64,000 nt of DNA. Source: an uncultured delta proteobacterium (GTDB lineage Bacteria; Myxococcota_A; Polyangia; Polyangiales; Polyangiaceae). The position numbers were made by a program, and so were the translations under genes. Below are positions 52,653 to 61,672 of this stretch, one piece after another; position 1 is the first letter of the stretch; every line of letters begins with the position of its first letter. The DNA lies in NCBI GenBank assembly GCA_963696385.1, contig CAVOKF010000005.1, positions 224,001-288,000 on the forward strand, written 5' to 3'. The notes beneath the pieces were generated by a model. The model worked only from the letters and a program-made list of their open reading frames with translations. It had not been told where the DNA came from and made no database searches.

Positions 52653-54869
52653 ATGAGCACTCCCGAAACGCCCACGCAGACTCCGGAGCCGAACGCATCG
52701 GACGCGCGCGTCGCACCCCGCGACGATTCCGACGCGGCGCCGGCCGCACTGGGCGCGACAGACCCCGGCGCAGCCGGCGCGCCGGATGCTGGGCCCTCTG
52801 CGCCAGGCGATTCCACGGCATCCGAGCCGACGCCGGAACTCCATGTCGAGTCGGATGCCCAAGATGCCGACGCGCAGAGCAACGGTCATGGCGCGGGAGT
52901 GGGGGTTGAAGCCGCGGCGCTCTCGGCAGGCCGTGAAGCGTCCACGGCGACGCCTCAGCCCTCCGACAAGCGGCGGCGCAAGCGGCGGCGCAAGAAGAAG
53001 CCCGGTGCGGTCGGGGCCGTGACCGAGGGTGGGTCGACCGAAGGCGGCGAGAGCGAAGGTGCGGAGCTCTCTGCGCCGCATGAGATCACGGGCTCAGTGC
53101 CCGCCATCGACGCTGCGGAGACGCGGGCCAGGGTTCGCGAGCGCAAGTCCGGCACATCGCGGGAGCGGCCTCCGGTCAATGCCGGCGACATCGTTTTCGG
53201 AAAGATTCTTGAGATCACCGATGAGGCCATCGTCGTCGACATACCCGGCAAGGCCCACGCCATCTTTGACCGGCGGGAAATGCTGCTTCCCGACGATGAC
53301 GACGCCCGTCCGTCGCCCCGTCCCTCCGATGCCGGGGGCGAAGAGGTGGCGCCCGCCAGCGGGGGCGATAACGTCGCTGCGCGACCGGGCGAAGCCGTGG
53401 AGTCATTGCCTGCCGACCAAGGGCGGATCGCTTCGGCGGCCGACGAAGTTTCAGCCACGTTAGCGGGCGAACCTCCGGCAACCTCTGTCGACGATGCAAC
53501 GAGCGGGGCATCCGCCGCCGAGGCCCCGACGCCATCCGGGGCGGTTCAAGAATCCGTTGCCTTGGGCTCCTCAACCCTCCACGCGCCTGCCGCTTCTGAC
53601 CTTCCGAAGGAGCCGAAGGTTCCACATGTGATCCTCGAGGTCGGCGCCGACTTCATTGGCGTCGTGCACAACGACGGCGGCCGGGGCGGGCTGGTTGTGC
53701 TGACGCATCATCCGAACCGTGGGGAGAAGGCGAAGCCTGCAATCGAAAAGGCCTATAACGACAAGGCGACTATCTTGGGGCTCGTGACCGGCGCCATCAA
53801 AGGGGGCGCCGAAGTAGACGTGGACGGCGTGCGAGCTTTTGCGCCCGGATCCCTCGTCGATCTGCGCCTTGGAGCCGACCTGTCCTACTTGATCGGAAAG
53901 CGCCTTCCGTTCTTCGTGACCCAGTATGCTAAGCGAGGTCGCGACGTCGTTCTTTCCCGCAAGTCCCTGCTCGAGGAGGAGGCCAGGAAGTCTCGTGCCG
54001 ACGCTCTCGCGAAGCTCAAAGTGGGGCAAGATCTCGACGGCGTCGTGCGCAGTGTCGTGCCGTTCGGGGCATTCATCGACGTTGGAGGTGTCGAAGGGCT
54101 CGTTCCTCTCCAGGAGATGAGCCACAACCGCGCCGATGGTCCCAGCGACGTGTTCAAGGCCGGTGAGTCGACGCGCGTTAGGGTGATTAAGATCGACGAC
54201 AAGGGCAAGATCTGGCTCTCGCGCAAGGCGACGGTCCCCGATCCCTGGCAACAGGTCGCCCAAAAATACGCTACGGGTACACGTCACTCCGGAAAGATTG
54301 CGCGGCTGCAGCCGTTTGGAGCCTTCGTCGAGCTCGAGTCCGGAGTGGACGGTCTCATCCATACGCAGGACCTTTCGATCAAGCGCATCGAGAGCCCGAG
54401 TGACGTCGTTAAAGTGGGCGACGCCATCGAAGTCGTGGTCTCCCATATCGACCCTACCCAGCACAAAATTGCACTCCATCCCGCGCCTCACGGCGATGCC
54501 GCCGCCGAGCCGCCCCAGCGGGTCGCCCCCCACAAGCCAGTCAAGGCGAAGGTCGTCAACATCGAGACCGGCGGCCTCGTCGTTCGCATCCTGGGTGTCA
54601 CCGGCCGGAATGCGCGTGGGTACGTCACCGCCGCGGGAACCGGCACGCCGCGGGGTACGGAGCTTCGGAAGGCCTTCAACGTCGGCCAGGAGATCGAGGC
54701 AAAGGTCATCGAGGTGGACCCGCGCCGGGGCGAAGTGAAGCTCTCAATCAAAGCGCTCAGCGAGGACCAAGAGCGAAACGCGTATCAGAACTATCGTCAG
54801 CAGCTGAAGGCCGAAGCACGGTTCACCTTCGGCGATCTGCTCGCGAAGAAGGGCAATCCGGGCCGTTAG
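52653..54869 (+). CDS. S1 RNA-binding repeat protein (RpsA paralog) with a long disordered acidic N-terminus
   Basis: S1 repeats FGAFIDVGGVEGLV, FGAFVELESGVDGLIH, GQEIEAKVIEVD..KLSIK; C-terminal TFGDLL. Confidence 0.88.
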   Translation: MSTPETPTQTPEPNASDARVAPRDDSDAAPAALGATDPGAAGAPDAGPSAPGDSTASEPTPELHVESDAQDADAQSNGHGAGVGVEAAALSAGREASTATPQPSDKRRRKRRRKKKPGAVGAVTEGGSTEGGESEGAELSAPHEITGSVPAIDAAETRARVRERKSGTSRERPPVNAGDIVFGKILEITDEAIVVDIPGKAHAIFDRREMLLPDDDDARPSPRPSDAGGEEVAPASGGDNVAARPGEAVESLPADQGRIASAADEVSATLAGEPPATSVDDATSGASAAEAPTPSGAVQESVALGSSTLHAPAASDLPKEPKVPHVILEVGADFIGVVHNDGGRGGLVVLTHHPNRGEKAKPAIEKAYNDKATILGLVTGAIKGGAEVDVDGVRAFAPGSLVDLRLGADLSYLIGKRLPFFVTQYAKRGRDVVLSRKSLLEEEARKSRADALAKLKVGQDLDGVVRSVVPFGAFIDVGGVEGLVPLQEMSHNRADGPSDVFKAGESTRVRVIKIDDKGKIWLSRKATVPDPWQQVAQKYATGTRHSGKIARLQPFGAFVELESGVDGLIHTQDLSIKRIESPSDVVKVGDAIEVVVSHIDPTQHKIALHPAPHGDAAAEPPQRVAPHKPVKAKVVNIETGGLVVRILGVTGRNARGYVTAAGTGTPRGTELRKAFNVGQEIEAKVIEVDPRRGEVKLSIKALSEDQERNAYQNYRQQLKAEARFTFGDLLAKKGNPGR

Positions 54870-54930
54870 CCCACGAGGTGGACTCGTCCGGTGCGTGCGG
54901 ACGTGTGAGTCCGGAAGCCGACTCCGCGCT

Positions 54931-55548
54931 TCACGGCCGTCGCGGGGGCGCCGCCGCTTTCCCCCTAGCTCGCGCTCGCTCAACCGGCGCACACGGGCCG
55001 GGCCGCCTGACGGCCATGCGATCCAGCGGGTTGGGGCATACGCCGCGGAGCCGGCACGAGCCACATTCAAGGCCACGCCAGATGCGATCGAATCGGGCTT
55101 GGGCGGCGTCGAGCATCCATTCGTCATCGGTCAAGACGCCCATCTCGAAATTGCGGCGGCCGTCGCCTTTGGCTCCCAGCCCAGCTCCGGTGAAGTTTGC
55201 ACTACCCAGGTAAAGGAGGCTGCCGTCGATGGCGATCATCTTGAGATGGACACGGGGGCAAGCGCGCATCTCGAAGCGCGGCGGTGCGAGCCGTTCGGAG
55301 CGCATCGAGAACTCCGCACGAAAGGGGCCTGACGGCGGCGCAGCGTGGAGGATCCGCACGCGCACCCCCCGGTCGCAGAGCGACTGGATCGTGTCGAGAA
55401 TGGGAATGTATCGGCCCCGCGCACGCTCGCGCGTGCCGACTGGGGCCTCCACGAGCAGCTGCTTCACGTTGGCGGTAGCGATCCAAACCGAGGTGTTGGC
55501 CTTCGCGATCGCCAGGGTTACGCGCTCGTAGTGTTCCCGGTCGATCAC
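54931..55548 (-). CDS. Single-HKD phospholipase D-superfamily protein (nuclease-like) with C-terminal CxxCx5C
   Basis: VHLKMIAID, GSANFT, NFEMG; GTG overlaps the upstream stop (alternative start 55578). Confidence 0.85.
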   Translation of the reverse strand: MIDREHYERVTLAIAKANTSVWIATANVKQLLVEAPVGTRERARGRYIPILDTIQSLCDRGVRVRILHAAPPSGPFRAEFSMRSERLAPPRFEMRACPRVHLKMIAIDGSLLYLGSANFTGAGLGAKGDGRRNFEMGVLTDDEWMLDAAQARFDRIWRGLECGSCRLRGVCPNPLDRMAVRRPGPCAPVERARARGKAAAPPRRP

Positions 55549-56273
55549 GAAGGAAACGAAGGCACGGCGAGTGGCCACGGCGCCGGAGGACACCTTGTCG
55601 AGGATACCTCGGTGGCGTTCGGGGCGCCCCGTCGATCGACGGGCTGGGGCGCCGCCCTTGCGAGCTGCACGCCCGACCACGCGCCGAGGCCGATCAGGGC
55701 CAAGCCAATCGCACGAACGAGCCACGTCGTCGCTGCGCGTGGCAACTTCCCGTCGCCCGCGCGAAGCAGCGGTACGAAGGAGGAGACCCATCCGGCGACT
55801 CCCGCGGCGGCGCATGCCCCGAACGGAACGCAGACGAGCGCCGGCTGTCCGCCCAGGCCCCGCGAATAAGCGAGGGCCACGACGGCGCTCCACGTGAGCA
55901 ATAGCGTTGGGTTCAAGGCGGCTACCGTAAACCCCACGAAGGCCGTTCCCCCCCGATGTTCCGAGTCGTTCTTCCGGTCGGCGGGCCGCCAAAGTGCGAA
56001 CCTGACGCCGAGGCCCATCAGCAGCGCCGCCGTTGCACCGCGCGAAACAGGGATGACCCAGCGGTGTTGGGCGAGAAACGTGGTGAATCCCCAGAATGCG
56101 ACGCCCGCATAGATCCCTTCTGCAACTGCGGCACCCAGGCCGATGCGGAGCGCCGCACCGAACTGCCGATCGGCTGCGCGCGCCAACACCATCAAAGCTA
56201 CCGGTCCTGCGATGGGGACGGAGCCGACGAAGCCGAACGTCAGCGCAATCGCGCACACGGCCAGCAAGCGCAT
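55545..56273 (-). CDS. LysE/RhtB family translocator
   Basis: GSVPIAGPV, GAAVAEGIY, ALNP..LLTW; hydrophobic. Confidence 0.82.
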   Translation of the reverse strand: MRLLAVCAIALTFGFVGSVPIAGPVALMVLARAADRQFGAALRIGLGAAVAEGIYAGVAFWGFTTFLAQHRWVIPVSRGATAALLMGLGVRFALWRPADRKNDSEHRGGTAFVGFTVAALNPTLLLTWSAVVALAYSRGLGGQPALVCVPFGACAAAGVAGWVSSFVPLLRAGDGKLPRAATTWLVRAIGLALIGLGAWSGVQLARAAPQPVDRRGAPNATEVSSTRCPPAPWPLAVPSFPS

Positions 56274-56278
56274 GACGG

Positions 56279-56944
56279 TTACCGCCCCGGCGCGAACTCT
56301 GAGACTGACGGGCTCCGGACACCTTCGGGCGAATCGAGCTCGAGGCCGGGCAGGATGCGCGTACGAGCGAACGCCAATCGCGACGACAGTGCGGCCTCTT
56401 GGTCGGCGCGAGCGACTTGCGTCGAAAACGTGAGCACGTAACACTTGCGCAAGAACCCCCCGAAGGCGAGCACGTGCCCCTTGAGTGGACGGTCGGGGCC
56501 GCTACCGGGCTCCAGGCCGACGAGAATTCGCGTATCGAACGTCCTCTGTGTGACGGCGACAGCGTCTTCGATGGCCAGCATGGGCTGCGAGGGCAAAAGA
56601 CCTCGCTCGCGCGCAAGTCTCTCGCATTGATCGCGACCGACGACGCTATCGGTCCGGAACACCGCGACGACTACGGTCGAATGAGTGGCGCTTTGCGTCG
56701 CTACGAACTCGGCGCACGATCGGTCGTCGACGACCCAGTCCGGTTTTTCCGGAAGCCGCAGTGAAAGGGACAAGTGCTTCGAGTGATACCGAACCATTGG
56801 GGTCGGCCCGTCCACGAAGGTCATCGCCGTGGGGATAGCGAGTGCCAAAGCCGAGTCGACCCTCGGCGTCGATGGGGCGCACGACAGGACGGAACACACG
56901 CAAAGCAAGAGAAAGGTCGTGTCGTTCCGTTGCCGAGATCTCAC
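56279..56944 (-). CDS. Hypothetical lipoprotein
   Basis: GTG overlapping the ilvE stop, lipobox VLSC, globular remainder. Confidence 0.6.
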   Translation of the reverse strand: MRSRQRNDTTFLLLCVCSVLSCAPSTPRVDSALALAIPTAMTFVDGPTPMVRYHSKHLSLSLRLPEKPDWVVDDRSCAEFVATQSATHSTVVVAVFRTDSVVGRDQCERLARERGLLPSQPMLAIEDAVAVTQRTFDTRILVGLEPGSGPDRPLKGHVLAFGGFLRKCYVLTFSTQVARADQEAALSSRLAFARTRILPGLELDSPEGVRSPSVSEFAPGR

Positions 56945-57861
56945 ACTCGCGTCAGCCACTCGGGGTGCGATCCGTCGCTGCCGCGGACGACGTCGAAGAA
57001 TCGCGCTTGAATTCGTTTGGTGATCGGACCCACCGTCCCGTCGCCGACCGTTCGGTTGTCGATCTCGCGTACCGGGGTAATCTCCGCCGCCGTGCCGGTG
57101 AAGAACACCTCGTCGGCCAGCCATAGCTGGTCGCGCGTGATACGGCCCTCCACGAGCGTCAGGGCCATCTCTCGCGCGAACTTGATCACTGTATCGCGTG
57201 TGATGCCTTCGAGAATCGAGCACGACAGGTCCGGTGTTTGAAGGACGCCCTTGCGTACGATGAAAATGTTCTCCCCCGATCCCTCGCTCACGTATCCGTT
57301 GACGTCGAGCAATATGGCCTCGTCGTAGCCGGCGAGCTTCGCTTCGCGCTTGGCGAGAACGCTATTGGCATACTGGCCGCACATCTTCGCCTTCGCCAAG
57401 CTCACGTTGATGTGATGGCGGGACAGCGAACTGATCTTTGCGCGGATGCCGTTTCGGAGGGCCTCGTCGCCCAAGTACGCACCCCATTGCCACGCAAGGA
57501 CGGCCGTCCGGACGGGGTTGTTCGGCACATAGATGCCCATGGCGCCTTCACCGATGAACACGAGCGGTCGAATGTACCCGTCGACCATTCCATTGACGCG
57601 AATGGTCTCGGTGCACACAGCCGCGATTTGTTCACGCGTGTACTTTGGTGACAACAGACACATCTTGCAGCCGTCGAACAAGCGGTCGATGTGATCGTGC
57701 AAACGGAAAATGTACGTTGCCCCATCGGCACGCTTGTAGGCTCGGACTCCGTCGAACACCGCGAGGCCGTAATGCAACGAGTGCGTCAGAACGTGGACGT
57801 TCGCCTCGTCCCAATCGACGAACTCGCCATCCAGCCAAATTTTCCTCAGCTTCTCGACCAT
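56941..57861 (-). CDS. ilvE: Branched-chain amino acid aminotransferase
   Basis: HSLHYG..FDGVRAY, YIRPL, AK..GQY.NS, EGSGENIF, ILEGITR, TGTAAE. Confidence 0.96.
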   Translation of the reverse strand: MVEKLRKIWLDGEFVDWDEANVHVLTHSLHYGLAVFDGVRAYKRADGATYIFRLHDHIDRLFDGCKMCLLSPKYTREQIAAVCTETIRVNGMVDGYIRPLVFIGEGAMGIYVPNNPVRTAVLAWQWGAYLGDEALRNGIRAKISSLSRHHINVSLAKAKMCGQYANSVLAKREAKLAGYDEAILLDVNGYVSEGSGENIFIVRKGVLQTPDLSCSILEGITRDTVIKFAREMALTLVEGRITRDQLWLADEVFFTGTAAEITPVREIDNRTVGDGTVGPITKRIQARFFDVVRGSDGSHPEWLTRV

Positions 57862-57960
57862 TCGCGCCTCGGTCGCATCACGGCGTCGATTTAACTTAGT
57901 CGCCCGGGGTCCCGGGTGCCAGCGGCGCGTACCCGTAGCCAGGCCGTTCCCGATGAGTCC

Positions 57961-57988
57961 TTGACGGACGAGCGCGCGTCGGCATCCT
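57961..57988 (+). promoter_or_regulatory. Sigma-70 promoter
   Basis: TTGACG-16 nt-CATCCT, 10 nt before ATG 57999. Confidence 0.45.
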
Positions 57989-57998
57989 GCTCAAAGCC

Positions 57999-58640
57999 AT
58001 GTGCCCCCACTGCGGCCGAGAGGCGCCTCTCGTGTATCACGGTATCCTGCCGCACTGTGCCGCGTGTGGCGCCATCCGCGCGCCGCTCTCCGGGCCGTCC
58101 GTTAATTTGGCTGGCAAGTCGTCCCAGGTTGGCGGCGCCATTGTCCGCGCTGCCGGTGGTGTCGTGATCGGCGCGGGGTGTCTTCTGGCCCTCGCGGTGG
58201 GGGGGCTGCTCTACGTCCTCGCGCCGTTCGCGGCTGCGGTAGCTGTTTCATTGGCCATCGCGGCGTTGGCGCTGGCGATTGGCTTGGCCCTATTGTTGGG
58301 AGGGCAGCGCTTGAGGCGGTCCGGCAACCAAGAGGAGCATGCAACTCGGCAGCGAGCGCTTCTCGCGCTCACGGAGGCGAGGGGCAACGTGTCCGCGCTC
58401 GAGGCTGCGCGCGTCCTGGGCCTCACGGAGTCCGATGCGGACCGGCTTCTGACCGATCTCGCGAAGCGGGAGCCGGAGCGCATGGCCGTTGATGTGGACC
58501 GTGAAGGGACCGTACGGTACCGGAGCCCGAGCGGCCCCGCGCCGGAGAATGTGCGAATCTCGGCGGACTCGAACGAGGCATCGAACGATGATTTGTACGC
58601 CGATGACCACGCGGAATGGCGAACGCGCCTTCCTCGATGA
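57999..58640 (+). CDS. Membrane protein: N-terminal zinc ribbon, 2 TM, C-terminal winged-helix-like segment
   Basis: CPHC..CAAC, two hydrophobic helices, VSALEAARVLGLTESDADRLL. Confidence 0.7.
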   Translation: MCPHCGREAPLVYHGILPHCAACGAIRAPLSGPSVNLAGKSSQVGGAIVRAAGGVVIGAGCLLALAVGGLLYVLAPFAAAVAVSLAIAALALAIGLALLLGGQRLRRSGNQEEHATRQRALLALTEARGNVSALEAARVLGLTESDADRLLTDLAKREPERMAVDVDREGTVRYRSPSGPAPENVRISADSNEASNDDLYADDHAEWRTRLPR

Positions 58641-59269
58641 GTCTCGGAGAGACGAGGCGTGCGCTTCGATTGTTGCATGACGAGCTCGACGCCTGCGCGG
58701 CGTGTCCGAAGATGATCGGTCCGGTCGTGCATGGTCCGCCCGTGGCGAGTCCGGTTCTACTGTTGGGGCAGGCACCCGGTCCCCGGGAGGGCTTCTTCGG
58801 ACGGCCGTTCGCCTGGACGGCCGGTCGGACCATGTTCCGCTGGTTCGAGGACGCCCTGGGCATCGACGAGGAGACGTTCCGCGCGCGCGTCTACATCGCC
58901 GCGGTCGCTCGATGCTTTCCGGGCAAGGCGAGCGGCGGAGGCGACCGGAGACCTGACGCGGACGAAGTTGCTCGATGCGAGAAATGGCTCGCTCGAGAGG
59001 TTACCATCGTCCAGCCGGAGCTGGTCGTGGCCGTCGGCACGCTCGCCATCGAGCGCGTGCTCGGGGCCAAGATGCCGCTGGTCGACGTGGTCGGCGGAAT
59101 GCGGCGTGCGCGCTGGCACGGGCGCGACGTGGATGTCCTGCCCCTGCCGCATCCTAGCGGCGCTTCGCCTTGGCCTCGGGTTGAGCCGGGCAAGAGTCTT
59201 CTCTCCAAGGCGCTGGGGCGGCTTGCACGACATCCCGCGATGCGCAGGGCACTCGAAGCTGAGGCGTGA
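58637..59269 (+). CDS. Uracil-DNA glycosylase superfamily (Fe-S, family 4/5-like)
   Basis: CAAC, GQAPG, RPF, RCFP..DRRP..E..C, LPHPS. Confidence 0.88.
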   Translation: MSLGETRRALRLLHDELDACAACPKMIGPVVHGPPVASPVLLLGQAPGPREGFFGRPFAWTAGRTMFRWFEDALGIDEETFRARVYIAAVARCFPGKASGGGDRRPDADEVARCEKWLAREVTIVQPELVVAVGTLAIERVLGAKMPLVDVVGGMRRARWHGRDVDVLPLPHPSGASPWPRVEPGKSLLSKALGRLARHPAMRRALEAEA

Positions 59270-59303
59270 GGCAGGCCGGGCAGACGTGGCGCCGTGCATC
59301 GGG

Positions 59304-60032
59304 TCAGCGGCGGAGGAGCACGTACACCGCACCCTCTCCGCCGTCGCCGCCTTGCGCTGTGGCGAACGCCGCGACGTACTCACTCGAACTGCCTTGCGAC
59401 AGCCAAGCCGCAATCTCTCCTCGGAGGACCCCCGCGCCCGACGGGCTGTGATCGCCTTTGCCGTGAATCACCAAGACGCACCGCTCGGCGCGCGCTCGCA
59501 TGGTTCGGAGGAAGATCTGCACTTGAGCGCGCGCCTGTTCGGTGACCATTCCGTGCAAGTCCAACCGCGCGTCGATGGGGACCAAGCCACGGCGCAGCTT
59601 GCGGACCGCATCGATTGGAACGTCCAGCCGCCGGCCCTCCACCCGCTGGCCGTCGTCGCTCACTTCGAAGCGAACGCGTCCATCGACCAGAATCCGAAGG
59701 TGTTCGTGAACGGCATCCGCCTCTGCCCGCACCTCCTCTCTGCCCCGCGAGGCGATGCGCTCGACCGCGAGGGATCGCTCGATGGGGTGCTTCGGAATCC
59801 GGCCCCGTGATCGGTCGATCGGGGTCACGCCCGCAAAAACGCGATGCAGGAGCGTAGCATCATTACCCGGTTCATCGGTCTCCGCCCGGCGTTTTGGCGT
59901 GGCGCCAGGCCGGATTTGGATCGTGGACGACGCGCTCTCCTGCTTCAGAAATTCATCGCGCAGAGGGCGCAGCACCTCGAAGGGATTTCCACGGGCTTTC
60001 GTCTTGTTGCTCATGGGCGGCTTGCGGCTCAT
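59304..60032 (-). CDS. Smr/MutS2 domain protein
   Basis: LRRG..IDARLDLHG, LVIHGKG, GGEGAVYVLLRR. Confidence 0.92.
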   Translation of the reverse strand: MSRKPPMSNKTKARGNPFEVLRPLRDEFLKQESASSTIQIRPGATPKRRAETDEPGNDATLLHRVFAGVTPIDRSRGRIPKHPIERSLAVERIASRGREEVRAEADAVHEHLRILVDGRVRFEVSDDGQRVEGRRLDVPIDAVRKLRRGLVPIDARLDLHGMVTEQARAQVQIFLRTMRARAERCVLVIHGKGDHSPSGAGVLRGEIAAWLSQGSSSEYVAAFATAQGGDGGEGAVYVLLRR

Positions 60033-60277
60033 CGGCGGTCCCCGCTCTCACTGCGTCGTGCACGAATCGCGGCAAGGACGGCTTGGATACCGGCAAGGAT
60101 GCCGTCTTCGTATTGCCAATCCGCGTCTTCCAACTCGGGAAAATCGTGCGGATTGCGAATGTCCTCCGCGGTCAAGTCCGGCCGCAAGCGCCGTGCGAGA
60201 TCGACGACCCTTCGGAGTTGAAGCCCTTCAATCTCGCCGACGAGGCTCTCGACTTCGCGCCACGTCGTCGTGCCCAT
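60029..60277 (-). CDS. Small helical hypothetical protein coupled to the Smr gene
   Basis: PDLTAEDIRNPHDFPELEDADWQYEDG; ATGA overlap with Smr. Confidence 0.7.
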   Translation of the reverse strand: MGTTTWREVESLVGEIEGLQLRRVVDLARRLRPDLTAEDIRNPHDFPELEDADWQYEDGILAGIQAVLAAIRARRSESGDRR

Positions 60278-60289
60278 GGGCCCCAAACT

Positions 60290-60859
60290 TTAGCACCGAC
60301 GACTTCGTCGCCAGAACGCCTCGAGCGGTGCATACACCAGCGCATGGGTCACCTGGCCGCTGTCCAGCAAGTCGCCGATCCTCGCAACCGGTACGAGCGC
60401 CGTTTCGAGCTCTTCCATGGCGTCGAATCGCGTTGTGCCCGTCGGCTGGACGCCGCGCGCGACGAACGAGAAGCACCGGTTTCCCTGGATGGCAGGATTG
60501 GGCTCGAGTACGAGTAGCGGTTCCAGCCGTTCGGCTTGGTATCCCGTCTCCTCGAAGAGCTCTCGCCGCGCCGCATCTTCGGGTCGCTCGTCATCGTCGA
60601 TGACGCCGCCGGGGATTTCGAGCGAGATGGCATCGGTCCCGAAGCGGTACTGCCAGACGAACACGGCCTGGTCGTCGCCGGTTACGGCCACGACGTTGCA
60701 CCAGTCCCGGCAGCGCAGAGTAAAGGCATCGCCGCGTGCTCGCCCGGTGGCGTCTTGGAGACCGATGCGGCAAACGTCGAGCACGCGATACGAGGCGAGG
60801 GGCTCGAGACGCACTTGACGCCACTTGGCCAGCTTGGGCAAGGGTACGACGAAGGACAT
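60290..60859 (-). CDS. NUDIX hydrolase (ADP-ribose pyrophosphatase-like)
   Basis: QYR..LEIPGG..PEDAARRELFEETG Nudix box. Confidence 0.92.
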   Translation of the reverse strand: MSFVVPLPKLAKWRQVRLEPLASYRVLDVCRIGLQDATGRARGDAFTLRCRDWCNVVAVTGDDQAVFVWQYRFGTDAISLEIPGGVIDDDERPEDAARRELFEETGYQAERLEPLLVLEPNPAIQGNRCFSFVARGVQPTGTTRFDAMEELETALVPVARIGDLLDSGQVTHALVYAPLEAFWRRSRRC

Positions 60860-60911
60860 GGGCTTGTGCGAGCGTAGCGCACGGTTGCGGGTGCTAAGCT
60901 CTCGCACGCCA

Positions 60912-61664
60912 ATGGTGACGACATTTCGGTGGCTTGCAAAGTTGAAGCGCGGCATCGATTTCGTCGTCGAAGACGTTCAAGCGACGTGTCGAAACGATCC
61001 GGCCGCCCGTTCGTTCGTCGAAGTTCTCCTGGTGTATCCAGGGCTGCACGCATTGTGGCTGCACCGTGCCGCACATGCCCTTTGGCGGCGCGAGAACAAG
61101 CTCGGCGCTCGGCTGCTTGCCCACGCGAGCCGCTTCATGACCGGAGTCGAGATCCATCCAGCCGCGACAATCGGACGTCGCGTCGTCATCGATCACGGTA
61201 TGGGGATCGTGATTGGCGAGACGGCGACCGTCGGCGACGATTGCCTTCTCTACAAGGGGGTCAATCTTGGCGGTACGAAGCTCGTGCGCACGATGCGGCA
61301 CCCGCAAGTTGGCCACGGGGTGGTCATCGGAGCGAACGCTTGCATCATCGGCGCGATTCACGTCGGCGATCACGCGCGGATCGGTTCCGGGAGCGTCGTC
61401 GTGAAGGACGTCCCGCCTGGCGCCACCGTCGTCGGAGTCCCTGCTCGCATCATCGTGCCCAAGCACGCACGGTTCGACGCCGCGCTCGACCACGCGAGCT
61501 TGCCGGACCCCGTGATCGACATGATCCGCGCACTGGCGCATCAGAACGATCAGCTCCAGGGGCGGGTCTCGGCGCTCGAGCAGAAGCTCGGACTTGTGCG
61601 CGAAACGCACCCATTCCGCTTGCCCTACGACGGCGATGAGCTGCCGCCTGCAGACGGCGGCTGA
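60912..61664 (+). CDS. cysE: Serine O-acetyltransferase
   Basis: DPAARS, YPGLHA, TGVEIHPAATIG, IDHGMGIVIGET, VVGVPARI, LPDP. Confidence 0.93.
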   Translation: MVTTFRWLAKLKRGIDFVVEDVQATCRNDPAARSFVEVLLVYPGLHALWLHRAAHALWRRENKLGARLLAHASRFMTGVEIHPAATIGRRVVIDHGMGIVIGETATVGDDCLLYKGVNLGGTKLVRTMRHPQVGHGVVIGANACIIGAIHVGDHARIGSGSVVVKDVPPGATVVGVPARIIVPKHARFDAALDHASLPDPVIDMIRALAHQNDQLQGRVSALEQKLGLVRETHPFRLPYDGDELPPADGG

Positions 61665-61672
61665 TTCCTCGC

